From the NCBI GenBank assembly GCA_014905635.1, contig JABVCE010000011.1:558001-622000 (forward strand): a DNA stretch of 64,000 nucleotides, in the 5' to 3' direction. This stretch comes from Scenedesmus sp. PABB004. Taxonomy: Eukaryota. How positions within the stretch are numbered: the first letter of the stretch is position 1; each line of letters begins with the position of its first letter. Both the position numbers and the translations under genes were made by a program. Positions 1 to 12,577 of the stretch are shown one piece after another. Under the pieces are notes generated by a model. It was not told the origin of the DNA. It saw nothing but the letters and a program-made list of their open reading frames with translations, and ran no database searches.

Positions 1-12
1 CTCGCCCGCCAG

Positions 13-3000
13 GCGCCCAAGATGCTGGGCCTCTTCTTCGTGGTCGTCTTTGGCTCCTGCCTCGACGTCGCCGCGATCCAGGCGCGGGCAGCGGCGCGGG
101 CAACGCTGCGCGCGCGCGCGCGGGCCGCGCCGCGCGCCCTTCACCTGTCACATCGCTCACCAATCAAAACTTGCCAATCAATCACTCACTCAACCAATCA
201 ACCACTCAATCACTCACTCACTCACTCAATCAACCAAATGCACACGCCAGGCCGACATGCCGTTCCCGATCGACTTCAACTCCGAGCTCGGCACCGTGGG
301 CCTCTCCAACGTCCTCGTCGGCCTCAGCGGCGCCGGCTACACCGGCAGGCGAGCGGGGGGCGGGGGAGCGCGGCGCTGGCTCTCTCGACACGCCCCTTTT
401 CAAACCTCTCGCTAAAACTCCCCTTTCACACCCCCCTTCCACCCCCCCCCCCCCCTCAAACCGTTCCCACAGCTACATCTTCTCCCAGACCATCTTCTCC
501 ATGCGCGCCGGCGTGTCGGGCGTGGCGCACGGCGCGATCATCGCGGGCCTCGAGGCGGCCATCTTCCTGCTGCCCTTCTCGGGTGCGTGCGCGCGGGGCG
601 CTCAAGGGTTGAGCAGGGTTTTGTTGACTGGGCGCCCCTGGCTTGCGTCAGCGCCTCGGCTCCACAAACCACGCGCGCACACAGTCTCACGCGCCCCGCT
701 CGCCCGTCCCTCCCTGCCACATGACCACTGACGCAGTGGTGCAGTACCTGCCCAACTTCTTCTTCGGCGCGCTGCTGACCGTGTTTGGCATCGAGATCGC
801 GGGAGACTGGCTCATCCGCTCATACGCCAAGGCGCGGCGCGCTCTCGCTCTCTCTCCCTCTCCCTCTCTCTCTCTCTCTGTGTCTCTCTCTCTCTCTCCC
901 TATCTCTCTCCCTCTCTTCTCTCTTGCCCGCTAGCGCCCACGCGCGCGCTCACACCACCTGCACCGCCCTCGCACCCCCCCACACACACGCACACACACG
1001 CACACGCGCACACCCAGGTGACGCGGGAGGAGTACCTGCTGCTGCTGGCCACCTTCCTGGCCATCATGCAGCTCGAGCTCGAGCGCGGCGTCGCGGCGGG
1101 CATGCTGCTCTGCGCGACATACTTTTGCGTGACATACGCACGGGTGCGCCTGCGTGGGTGTGCATGCGCGCGTGCGTGCGTGCACGTGTGCGTGCGTGCG
1201 TGCGTGCGTGCCTGCGTGCGTGCGCGTGTGCGTGCATGCGTGTGTGCGTGCCTGCGTGCGCGTGTGCGCGCGCACGCGCGTGTGTATCGAGGCGGGCCCG
1301 TTCCCGGGCTGGCCGGGGGCGCAACAACGCCCGACCCCGCCGCCGCTGCCACGCGCGCTGCCCGCCCGCCCGCAGGCCAACATGGCCGCGTTCGCCGTGC
1401 TGCCCACGCGCTCTGCGGCGGTGCGCGCACGCGCCCGCAGCCCGCACACTCTCACCGCCGGCGCCTCGTCCCTCCCAACCCCTAAACCCTAAACCATCTG
1501 TCGTCCCTCCCTCCCTCCCTCCCTCCCTCCCTAAACCGCCCCTCCCTAAACCGCCGCCTGCCTGCCAGGTGCGGTCGTACCACGAGAGCCACGTGCTCGA
1601 GGTCGTCGCCAACCGCCTCGCCACGGTCGCGCTGAGCGGGTTCATGTTCTTCGGCTCGAGCGTGCTCATGAGCAGCAAGGTGGGCGCGGCGGCGCACAGC
1701 GTGGCGCTTGCCTCGCTTCGCGCAGTCAAACTGATTGTGTTTGTTTGACCGCGTGGTTGACCGCGTGCTCATGAGCAGCAAGGCGAGCGCAGCGCCGCGA
1801 CAGCGGCGGCGCGCGGTGGCACACTCGCGCAGTCAAACTGATCATGTTCAAATTGTTTGACCGCGTGTTTGACCGCGTGTTTGACTGAGTGTTTCGCTGG
1901 CCATGCCGCGCCGCGCGCCGCGGCGGAGAGCGGGGCGCGCGGGCGCCGCGCCGTGCGCGCCCGCGCCGCCGCGCCGGCGGCCGAGCGTGCGGGCCGCCGC
2001 CGTCTCGCCGCGGCGCGCGCAGGTGATCCAGGTGGCGGAGGACATGGTCGCGGCGGTGGACAGCAGCAACGACGCCAAGGCCGACGCGGCCGCGGCGGCG
2101 GCGGCGGCGCGCGGCCCCGGCGGCAAGGACCACGCGCGCGCGGCGGTCGCCGCGCCGCCGCCGGCGCAGCGCTCGGGGAGCGGCGGGCCGCTGCGCGACC
2201 TGCGCCTCGCGAGCCTGGCGGTAATGGGTGAGGCGCGCGGCGCGGGGCGCGGCGTGGAGGGGCGGGCGGGAGGGCGCGGGGGCGCGCGCGGCCGGGGCGG
2301 GCGCGTGCGCACAGCACGGCGCGACGCCGCGTGCGAGCGCGGGCGCCGAGTGGGTGCCGAGCCTCCCGCCGCCCGCGTCCCGCGCCGCGCAGGCAACAAG
2401 CCGCCGGGCGCGGGCGCCGCTGCGTCCGGCGCCGGCGACGACGCGTCGCTCGACGCGGAGGCGCTCGCGCTGCTCGAGCGCAGCGCGCCATGCTTCGTCA
2501 TCCTGGACTTCAGGTGACCCCCGCCCCAGCCGCCTCCGCGCCGCGCCCACGCCCGCGGCCGCGCTGCGCCTCGCCGCCCTGCCCTGCTGGCCCCTTGCTC
2601 TTGAACGCACCCTCAAGCCCCCCTCGCCGCCCCCACCACCGCGCAGGCGCGTGCTGGGCGTGGACGCGACCGCGGCGCAGACGCTCGGCTCGCTCGCCAT
2701 GGTCCTGCGCCGCATGGGCGTGGAGCTGGTGCTCACGCGCGTGGCCAAGCCCTCGGTGCGCCGCCTGCTCGTCGCCCACGGCATCATCGCGCCGCGCCAC
2801 CACCGCCACCGCGCCGCCGGTGCGCGCCGGCGCCGCGCGGCGGCCGCGCACCGCTCCGCACATGCGCCCTCCGGCGCGCGCCGCCGCGCTCGCTGCGCCG
2901 CTCACACCGCGCGCCGCGCGGCGCAGGCGGCGAGGGCGGGGCGGGCGAGCCGCTCCTGGACGCCGAGGCGGGCGGGGGCGAGGAGGGCGAGGAGGACGAG

Positions 3001-4214
3001 GGCGGCTACTGCCGGGTGTTTGACACACTCAACCAGGGCGCAAAGTACGCCGAGGACAGGTGAGCGCCGCGGCCTGCACGGCACTGCGGCTCCGCGCGCG
3101 CCGGCGGGAGCTGGCCGGCGGCGAGGCGGCGGCCCCGCACCCGCGCGCCGCGGCGGCCGCCGGCCCTGCCAACCCCGCGCCCGCGCTGCGCGCCGCGCAG
3201 GCTGCTCGCGATGGCGCAGGCGGCGGGGCTGCTGCGCCAGGGGCTGACCGGGCTGGACCTGCGGCAGTTCTTCGAGATGCACTGCAGCCAGGCGCTGCTG
3301 ACCGCGGGCGTCGACGCGGCGCGCATCACGGCCGAGGTCGCCAAGCTCGGCGTGCCGCGGTCGCTGTCGCCGGGGCAGCGCCTCTTCAGCTTTGGCGAGG
3401 AGCCCAACAGCTTCTACCTCATACTCAAGGTCAGTCGAGGGTTTAGGGCTGTCAAGGACAAAGCCTTGTCAAACTGACAGAGGCAGTCAGCCACTTCAGT
3501 TCTAGTTCCAGACATCAGCCTCGGCCCAGACCGACCGAGAGAGGGAGGGAGGGAGGGACCCTCGCTCCCTCCCCAGCTCGGCCGAGGGACCCCGCGCGCT
3601 GCGCCGGTCCGCCGCGCCGCGCCCCACCCGCCCGCACGCCCCACCCGCCCGCGCGCCCCCACCCGCCCGCGCGCCGCCCGCCCCGTGCCACGCGCGCAGG
3701 GCGTGGTGAGCATCGAGGTCAAGCCGCTCGCCGTGCCGGCGGTCGGCTTCCGCCCCGCGCCGGCGCAGCTCGACACGCTCGAGGTGGAGCGCGACTTCAG
3801 CAGCGGCCAGGGCGCGGTCGTGGGCATCACAGACTTTGTGCTCAACCGCCTGCGCTCCTTCCAGGCCGTCACGAGCAGCGAGTGCGTGCTGCTCGAGGTC
3901 TCGCGCCCGGCGCTCGAGGCGATGGTCGCCGAGGTGCCCGCCGTCGCGACGGCGCTGCAGGTGCGCCGCTGCGGCGCGGCGGCGCGGCGCGCGCCGCCGC
4001 CCGCCGACGGGCCGCGCGCGCCGCCGCGCGGCCGGGGCTGCGGCGGCTCGCGCGGCTCCGGCCGGGCGCGCCGCGCGGTCGGCCGGCCGCCGACGACGCG
4101 GCCCCGCGCCGCCGCCGCCGCCGCCGCCGCCGCGCGCAGGCCATCCTGCTGCGCGACGCCTGCCTGAGCGAGGTGTATGCCTACGAGGTCCTCGAGCGCG
4201 CGGCGCGGGCGTGA
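13..4214 (+). CDS. SulP/SLC26-family anion (sulfate) transporter with STAS and C-terminal cNMP-binding domains; 5' end lies upstream of window
   Basis: Spliced exons ~13-81, 251-348, 473-582, 737-831, 1018-1143, 1376-1420, 1569-1679, 2023-2227, 2393-2513, 2647-2819, 2927-3059, 3201-3429, 3700-3960, 4140-4214 keep one frame. Motifs: 'GYTGSYIFSQT', TM helices, STAS 'GFMFFGS' and 'ILDFRRVLGVDATA', cNMP-like 'LFSFGEEPNSFYLILKGVV...GAVVGITDF'. Confidence 0.85.
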
Positions 4215-4394
4215 CGGCGCTGGATGGATGAACGCGGGCCTCGCGTGCGCGCACGGCGCGCGCGCGCGGTGGCAGCTGGGATCCGTGGTCGGTTGCGGGC
4301 GGGCGCGCGTGGGGCTGGCTGTTGTTGGCGGCGCGCGGGCTGAGTGGCCGCGGCCGGCCGCAACAACTGAGGCCGCTTGGGGCTTGGGGACGAT

Positions 4395-4399
4395 TGTAA
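4395..4399 (+). promoter_or_regulatory. Chlorophyte polyadenylation signal TGTAA for the SulP gene
   Basis: TGTAA ~180 bp after the TGA at 4214; TGTAA is the established chlorophyte poly(A) signal. Confidence 0.55.
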
Positions 4400-5086
4400 A
4401 CGCACCGCAGCTCCGTTGCCGGCGTGCCCCGCGCTCGAGCCGGCAGACAGATAGCAGGCAGACTGGCAGACAGATCAAGATCTTGGAGGCACACCCTGAT
4501 CCGATCCTGGGATCAGGCCTGAGCACTTGAACAGCGCACACCGCCTTTGTTCATTGCGTGAGAACGCAGCGACAGTGAGTTCAGCGGCCTACGCTGAGAT
4601 GGGCTGATGTCTTGAGCAAATAAAAGTCACAGCTCATGGTCGCAGCTCAAAGCAAAGCCCGCGCACGGTGGTGGTGAGCACGCGCCGCCGTCATGTGTTG
4701 GTGCTTGTTGGGCGTGCTACGCGTGACGTTCCGCTGTGTCTGCTCCCTGCTGCGGCGGCCTCCAAGGCGCACACACAGCTGCAACACGCGCACGCCCCTG
4801 CGTGCGTGCGGACTTGATTCGGCATGCCCGGCGCACCGCAGAGCGTGGCGGGGCATCAGGCGTGCGTTCGAGGGCAGTCGACCAGTCGGACCAGCATCAA
4901 CGGAAGCTTGTGTGGACCAATAACAACGCGCGGCGATGGCGGATGGCGCGCGACCACGCGCGCCAGCCCAGCCGGCGCAATAGGCCACCGCCCAAACGCC
5001 CGAGCGCACCGCGCGCAGCCCTGCCAGGGCTGGGGCACCCCAGCCCGCCGCGCCCCCCAAGGCACGCGCGTCGCCGCCGCGGGCCG

Positions 5087-7737
5087 TCAGCGCCGCGTGG
5101 CCGCCGCGCGGCGCGCCGCGGCCGCCGCCGCCGCGCGCTCCTTGACGCGCGCGGCGTGCAGCTCGGCGACCGCGATCGCAAAGCTCAGCGTGTTGGGGAT
5201 GTAGGGGCTGCACCAGGCGGACATCTTGGTCAGCTGCATCGGCGGCGGCGGGGAGGGGGGGGGGGCAAAAGCTCGGGCGCGCCGCCTGCCCGCGGCCTGC
5301 CCGGCCGTGCCGGCGCCGCCGCCGCCGTCGCTGGCTGCGCCCGGCTCAGCCCCTGCGGCGGCGGCCTGCCCTCACCTGCGCCCAGGTCACGTAGCCAACG
5401 GTCTGGCAGGACATGGCGACCCGGAGGAAGGCGCCCTTGTGCTGCAGCATCGACAGGCGGTCCAGCTGCGCGCGGCGGTGGTTGCTCGAGGCGAGGTGGT
5501 GCAGCATGCTGCTCGTGCTGCAGCCGCCGCCGGCGTCCGCGCCGCCGCCGCCGCCGCCGTCCGCCGCGGCGAGCTGCTGCTGCAGCTGCCGACACTCCTG
5601 CGGGCGCGGCGCGGCGCGCGTCGGCGACGGCGGCCCGCCGCCGCCGCCAGTCCAGCGCGCGCGGCTGCCCCCCCCCCCCCCCCCCCCCCCCGCGCCGCCA
5701 CCGGCGCGCGCGCCGCGCCTGCAGCAGCGGGTCGAGCACGCGGTTCATCGCGGCCAGCGCGGTGCTGATGTCAGCCAGCTGCCCGTCGGAGAGCTCCAGG
5801 CGCCGCGCGAGGGCGGAGATGACGGCCATGTTTGGCTCGCGCAGCACCTCGCCGGTGATGGTGTTGGTGAGCGTGAGCTGGCTGATCATGTGCGCGCGGT
5901 GCAGGCGCGCGAGCGTGACACAGAGGTGCAGGTGCTCGGTGATAGCGTGGCGCAGGCGCGCGAGCGGCGCGTGCCGCGCGGCGGCGTCGCGGCCGCCCGC
6001 GTCGTCGAGCACGCCGCCCTCGAGCACGGCCAACTGCAGCGTCGCCTCGTGCATGCCCTGCCGGCGGCGCGCGGCGGCGGTCGGCGGCGGCGGTCGGCGG
6101 CGGCGGTCGGCGGCGGCGGCGGCGGCGGTCGGCGGTCGGCGCGCCCGCGGGCGCCGGGTTTTGGGGTTCAGCGCTGGGTTCAGCGCTTGCCCGCGACCCC
6201 GCACCTGCTTGTACGCCTCGACCATCCCCTCCGCCGTGACGCTGGCGGCGCCGGGGTAGGGCGGCTGCGGGTGCGGCGGCCGCGGCGGCGGCGGCCGCCG
6301 CGGGCGCTCGGGCGGGCGCGCGCGCTGTGGCCGGGCGCGCGCGCCCCGGTCGCGCTGCCGCAGCCTCCGCCCCGGCTGCGGCTCCCGCCGCCCATACCTG
6401 GGCGAGGAGCCACTTGAAGAGCAGGAATGGATCCGAGGGCGGGCACACCAGGTCGTGCAGGTCCCCGCGCGCACACCACGCGTCAAACGCGTGCGCGGCG
6501 CCCAGCGGGGGCGCGACGCCGCGGGGGTGTCGCGCGCACGCCGCGTCGAGCGCAACGGCCGCATTGCTCGCGGCGCTGTTGGCGCTGTTGCTGTCCGCGA
6601 GGCTGTCCGCGCCGGCGCCGTCGCTGTCGGCGGCGGGCGGCCGGTCGGCGCCCGGCCGCGGCAGCGCGCTCAGCTCGACCAGCAGCAGCTGCTCCGCGCT
6701 GCTCGCGTGGCTGCCGGGCGCGCCGGCGCCGCCGGCCGCCGACTGGTGGTCCCGCAGGAACTCGAGGGCGTCGCAGTAGCCCAGCAGGTGGTCGTGCTGC
6801 GGGCGGCGGCAGGCGGCGGCGCGCGGCGGTCAGGGCAGCAGCAGCAGCAGCAGCAGCAGCAGCGCGTCGTGGTGACGGCGCCCAGAGGTGCGCGCAGCGC
6901 TCACCAGGGCGCGCAGCTGCTCATTCTCCGACGACGCCGCGCGGTAAGCGCTGAGCTTGCCGTCTAAGCGGCCCTTGAGGCGCAGAAGCGCCGCGTTGCC
7001 CTTCTTGCGCTGCATCGCGCCGCCCGGCGCGCGGCGCGCCGACGGCCGGACGGCCGCCGGGTCTTACAGCCGCGTTGGCCGGCCGCGGCAGGCCGCGGCA
7101 CGGCCCGGCGGCGGGCGCACTGGCCGCGAGCGCAGCGCGCTCGGCGCACGCGGAGCGGCGGGGCTGGCGCGGGTGTCCGAGGTCTAGCACTGTCCCACGA
7201 GGTGCACGTGGGCCCGCGGGGGCGGCGCGGGGCTGTGCATCAACCGGCGAATGACCGAGCCTGACGCTTGAGGCGCAGCGCGCGCCTCTTCACCTCGCCG
7301 GCCGCCGGTGCGGCAGCAGGGCTGTGGGCGACCTCACCTCTGCACACTCCCGCCGTGTGGAGCAGGAACTCAGGGCTGGCACTGGCCGCGGCACTCCCTC
7401 GAAGCCGCGCCTGGGTTGACCCGCCGCACCTGACGCCCCGAGCGGCCCCTGGCCTGCCTGCCCGGACCGCTGCGCTGGGAGGTCTGGGGGGCAGTCCAAG
7501 CAGCCAGGACGGTCGCCTGGCGGCGCGGCGGCCGCCGACGACTGCACACGTCATGTGACCGTTCGCCCGCTGTCGGGCCTCCCCCGCCTGCCTCCTCCCC
7601 CGGTGCCACCGGGCGGCACACACCTCACCTCCGCCTCGATCGCCCTGCCGTGCCGCCGCCGCCGCCGCCGGCCGCGACAGCAGCGGCGCCGCCGCCGCCG
7701 CCTTGCTGCCGCTCCAGGGGCCATTGCCGGCCTCCAT
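5087..7737 (-). CDS. Hypothetical protein with N-terminal coiled-coil/bZIP-like segment and helical C-terminal domain; 5' exons uncertain
   Basis: Minus-strand exons encode 'RKKGNAALLRLKGRLDGKLSAYRAASSENEQLRAL', 'DPFLLFKWLLAQ', 'ARRLELSDGQLADI', 'YVTWAQ|LTKMSAWCSPYIP', ending in TGA at 5089-5087. The ATG at 7737 is tentative. Confidence 0.5.
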
Positions 7738-7793
7738 CGCGCAGAGCTCCACTCCGCCGTGCGCTTGCGGCTGCGCCGCCGGCGGGGGGCGCG

Positions 7794-9736
7794 ATGGTGG
7801 ACGCGTTTCGCAGCATGCTGGACGAGCTGATGGGCAAGGAGCGCGACGTGCCCCTCGCCAAGCGCTCCAACAAGGCCCTCGAGTTCGACGACCCCAGCGT
7901 CTGCAAGTACGAGCTGCTGGCGGTCTGCCCGAACCGCTTATTCCGCAACACGCGCAGCGACCTGGGTGCGCGGGCATGCGCGCCGGCCCCGCCGCCACCG
8001 CCGCCCGGATCGCGCCGCGGTGGCGCGCCGCGCGTGAACGGCGGCTTCACGCCCCTCCTGGCGCCGCCGGCGCGCAGGCGGCTGCGGCTACGAGATACAC
8101 GACGACCATCTCGAATGGCCCAACCTCAAGGGCAAGTGGGAGGCCCTGCCGCAGGCGGAGAAGGACCGGTGCGTGGCGCTGGGCCCGGGAACTGGGCAGG
8201 GCGCAGGCGGGCGCCGCACGTGGGGCGCGGCGCAGCGCGCGCAGCAGCGGCGCCGCCGGCGGCCGCCGACGCCGCGTGCGCGCCGGCCCGCCCCGCCCGC
8301 GCGCCGCAGCTACCCCTACGAGCGCGACCTGCTGACCTACTTTGAGCAGCTCATCCGGGACATGGACGCCAAGATCCGCAAGAACAAGGAGCGCGCCGAG
8401 GCGGAGAGCCGGCCGCGGGCGCCCAAGCCCGACGACCAGCGCCGCCTCGACGAGATCAAAGCCCGCCAGGCCGGTGCGTGCGACGACGCCGCGGACGCCG
8501 GCGCGGACGCTGCGAGCGCGCGCGCCTCGGCGCGGGAGACCTCACCCGCGCCGCGGCGCCGCGCCGCGCAGAGGCGGTCGCGCGCGCGGCGGCGCTGGGC
8601 GAGCAGGGCGACGTGGACGGCGCGCTCGAGGCGACGCAGCAGGCCGAGGCGTTTGGCCGCCAGCACGACGCGTTGCACCGGCAGGCGACCGAGCCGGAGC
8701 GCGCGATGACGGTGTGCGACATCTGCGGCGTCTTCATCGCCGCCCCCGCCGAGGGCGGCCGCCTGGTGCGCGCGCACGGGGCGCTCAGCGCGGCCGCGGC
8801 GGCAGCAGCGGCGGCGGCGGCGGCGGCGGGGCGGCGGCAGCTGCTGACGCGGCACGCGCCGCGCCGCCGTGCCGCGGTGCAGAGCATCGGCGAGCTGAAG
8901 GCGCGCGAGGTGCGTGTTGCGCGCACGCACGCGGCGCGCCGCCGCCCACCCGCCCGCGCCCGCACGCGCCGCCGTCGCGGTCGCGCCTGGCCCTGGGGCC
9001 CCGCGACCCGGCGCCCCACGCGGCCCCGGCGCGCCTTGCAGGACCACCTGACGGGCAAGCAGTACCTGGGGTGGAAGCGCGTGCGCGAGACCTACGCCGA
9101 GCTGCTGGCCGCGCGCGAGGCGCGCGTCGCCAGCGGCGCGCTGCTCGACCGGCCGCGCAGCCGCAGCCGCGACGAGCGGTGCGCGCGGCCGCGGGCGCGC
9201 GGCGCGCGGCGCCGCGGGCGCTGGGTGGACGGCACGCAGCCGCGGGCGCCGCCGACGGCGCCCGCCGACGCCGCCCGCCCGCCTCGCCCGCCGCGCCGCC
9301 AGGCGCGAGCCGCCGCGCTCGCGCAGCCGGGAGCGCAGCCGCGAGCGCAGCCGCGACCGCGACCGCCGCGACCGCCACAGCAGCCGCGACTACGACCGGT
9401 GCGGCGCGCGCGGCCGCGCGGCCGACGCGGCGGCGGGGGCGCCCCGCCCCGACGCCCCCCCCCCCCCCACACACACACCCCTCGGCACCGCGTCGCCGCA
9501 GGCGGGGGACTATGACCGGCGCGAGTATGACGCGCGGCGGCACGACCGCCCGTACGAGCGGCGCGACCGGGACCGCGACTCGTACGACCGGCGGGACTAC
9601 CACGGCGGCCGGGTGCGCGGCGTGACGGGTTAGCGGCCGCGGCCGCAGCGACGGGTCGGCAGTCGCGGCCGCCGCCTGACAGGCCCGCCACCGCCGCCGC
9701 GGCGCCGCTGCGCAGGGCGACTACTACCGGCGCTGA
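7794..9736 (+). CDS. LUC7: LUC7-like U1 snRNP-associated splicing factor
   Basis: 'MLDELMGKERD...FDDPSVCKYELLAVCPNRLFRNTRSDLG' (ZnF1), 'MTVCDICGVFI...DHLTGKQYLGW' (ZnF2), RS/RD-rich tail; about 9 exons. One apparent -1 in a G run at 9504-9508. Confidence 0.92.
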
Positions 9737-10490
9737 GGCGCGGCGGCGGCGTGGTGTGGCACGACGAGAGGTGGGCGCGGCCCGGGGCTCGCTCACGCGG
9801 CGCGCGCCGCTGCAGGCGGCGCCGTCTGGGCGAGCGGAGGAGCGGCGTCGGTCGCCCCGAGAGAGCGAGCGAGCGAGAGCGCGCGGTGAGCGCGGGGGGG
9901 GGGGGGGGGGGGGGGCGGCGGCGTGTGCGCGCGGCGGCCGCCGCCGTGCCGGGGGATGGGGGGACGCCCGCCAGCAGGGCCGCCGGGCGTGCCGCGGTGG
10001 TCGACGATGCACGAAGGTGAGCAGTTGCTCGTGCGGCGGCGGCTGCTCAGCGCCCGTGACGGCGCGCGGCGGCGACTGGTAACCACGGCCCCGTCTCACG
10101 CCGGCCTCTCCCAAGCCAGCGCGGCGCGCCTGCGGCCGCTCAGCGAAAAGATCCGCTCGCCGGCAGCAGAAAACACGTGAGTTCGCAGAGCTCGCACCGC
10201 ACGCTCTCTCCGGCCCCGCAAGACCCCGCCCATAGCCCAGGTACGGCCGCGGCGCGGCGCGGGCCCGCGGCGGGGTGCGGGCGCGCTGCCGATGCGCAGC
10301 GGGCGCTGCTGCCGGGCGCTGCTGCCGGCTCCCTCTCGCGGCGCCGCAGCCCGCCCCGACACCCCCTGCACCTCCCGCCTCGCACCACGCCTCGCCGCAG
10401 GCCCCGCGCGCAGCAGCCGCGGCGCCCGCCGGCGCTCGACAGCGCGCCGCGCAGCAGCAGCAGCAGCCGCGCCTCGCGCGGGCCGTCGGC

Positions 10491-12577
10491 ATGGCGAGCA
10501 GCGCGTGCGCCGCGACCTGGGCGCCGCGTGCCGGCGCGTGCATGCGCCCCGCCGCGGCGCTGCGCGGTAGTTGCTCCGCCGTGGCGGCGGCGCCGCGCCC
10601 CGTGCGATCGGGGCCGCTGCCGTGCCTCCTCCTGCCGCCCTCTGCGGCATGGACGCGGCCGGCGCGCGGCGGCCGGCGCGGCGCCACCGCGCAGCGCGAG
10701 GCTGCGGTGGCCGAGCAGCCGGCGGCGGCGGAGCAGCCGGCGGCGGCGGCGGAGCAGCCGGCGGCGGCGGCGGAGCAGCCAGCGGAGCAGTCACCGGCAG
10801 CGGCGGCCGCGGAGCGGTCGGCGCCCGCGGCCGCGCCGCGGCCGCCGCGCCCGGCGGCGCTGCGCCTGCCGGCGCCGCTGCGCCGCGCGCTCGGCCCGGC
10901 CGCGCCGGCGCTGAGCGCGCTCGCCGACGCGGTCGGCGGCGTCGACCCGCGCATCCGGGGCCTCGTCCTCCTCAACATCATGACGATCGTCATGGGCAGC
11001 AACTGGGTCGTCATAAAAAACTCAAACGAGGCCTTCGACCCGGTGCGCCGCCTTCGCCGGATGCGCGGGTCGACGCCGCCGACCGCGTCGGCGAGCGCGC
11101 GCAGCGCCGGCGCGGCCGGGCCGAGCGCGCGGCGCAGCGGCGCCGGCAGGCGCCGCGCCGGGCTCGCCGCGCAGCCCCTCACCCCTCACCACCACCACCA
11201 CCCCCCGTCCACGCAGGTCGTGTTCACGAGCCTGCGCTTCACGCTCGCGGCGGCCGCATTTGCGCCGTTCCTGCGCGCGGGACTTGCCGACGCGGGCGTG
11301 CGGCGCGCGGGCGTTGAGATCGGGCTGTGGACCGCGCTGGGCTACATCCTCCAGGTGCTCCTGCGCGGCCGGGCGGGCGCGGGCGCGTGGGGCCGCCGCC
11401 GGCAAGGGCCGCTGCCGCCGCTGACCCCCGCCCCCGCACGCCCGCTGCCCTCCAGTCCGGCGCGCTCGCGCTCACGCCCGCGTCGCGCGCGAGCCTGCTG
11501 TCGACGTTCACCGTCATCGCCGTGCCCTGCCTGGCGGGGCTGTCGGGGCAGCGCGTCAAGCCGCTCGTCTTTGGCTGCGGCGCCGCGGCGCTCGCCGGCA
11601 CGATGCTGCTCGAGCAGGGCGGCGGCGAGCCGCCCAACGCGGGTGCGCGCGCGCGCGATCCCCGCCCCCGCCCGCCGGCTGCGCCCGCCGCCCGCGCCCC
11701 GTGCCCACGCCGCCGCCGCTGCTAAACCCTGCGCGCCGCCGTCTAAACTGCAGGCGACCTGCTGAGCATCGGCAGCGCGCTCATGTTTGCGATGCAGCTC
11801 TTCCGCACCGAGCAGATCAGCCGCAAGCTGCCCGACGGCACCGCGCTGCCCCTCATGGCGACCATCCTCGGCACCGTCGCGGCCGGCAGCGTCGGCTGCG
11901 CCGCCGCGGTGCACTGGCAGGACGCCGCCGCGGCGGGCGCGAGCCTGTGGGAGACGCTGTCGTCGGGCGTCGCCGCGCTGCTGCCCGGCGACAGCGGCAC
12001 CGCGACCGCGCGGCCGCTGATGGAGCTGCTCTACACCAGCTTCTGCTCCACAGACCTGGTGCGCAGCGCGGGGCGCTGTGTGCTGTGTGTGCTGCGCCGC
12101 GCGGCGGCGCGGGGCTGGGCACTGCCCAGTGCGTGTCGCCGCCCCCCGCTGACGCACGCCGCCGCGCGCCGCTGTCGCCGACACTGCCGCAGGTGCTGCT
12201 GATTGAGCTGCTCGCGCTGCAGGACGTGAGCTCGACCGAGGCAGCGCTGATCTACTCGCTCGAGCCCGTCTCCGGCGCGCTCATGGTGCGGCGACCGAGC
12301 GGGCGCGCGAGCTCTGCCTGGCTGCGCTGGCTGCCCGCGCGGCAGACGCCGCCGCGGCACCGCGGGCGCGCGCGGCGCACGCTGACGCCCGCCCCCGCGC
12401 GCGGCCGCGCGCGCGTCCTTTTGCTTGCGCCCGCAGGCGTACGCGTTCCTCGGGGAGCGGTGGGGCCCGCTCGGCTGGTGCGGCGCGGCGGTCATCCTCG
12501 CGGCCAGCATCACCACACAGCTCGGCGGCGCGGTGGAGGACGACGGCGGCGCCGACGCGGAGGCGAGCAGCAGCTGA
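10491..12577 (+). CDS. EamA/DMT-family drug-metabolite transporter with probable plastid transit peptide
   Basis: Exons 10491-11042, 11217-11354, 11456-11642, 11754-12058, 12193-12285, 12437-12577. Motifs 'MGSNWVVIK', 'FTSLRFTLAA', 'TPASRASLLSTFTVIAVP', 'STEAALIYSLEPVSGA...FLGERWGPLGWCGAAVIL'; Ala/Arg/Ser-rich N-terminus. Confidence 0.88.
10862..11153. repeat. 97-bp near-perfect inverted repeat (10862-10958 in exon 1; 11057-11153 in intron 1)
   Basis: The arms are reverse complements with one mismatch seen; the 98-nt spacer contains the 5' splice site at 11043. Confidence 0.95.

Noticed and set aside
3430..3530. Lower-GC intronic segment with small hairpins, considered as an intronic snoRNA
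   Set aside because: No convincing C/D or H/ACA box arrangement could be identified by eye.
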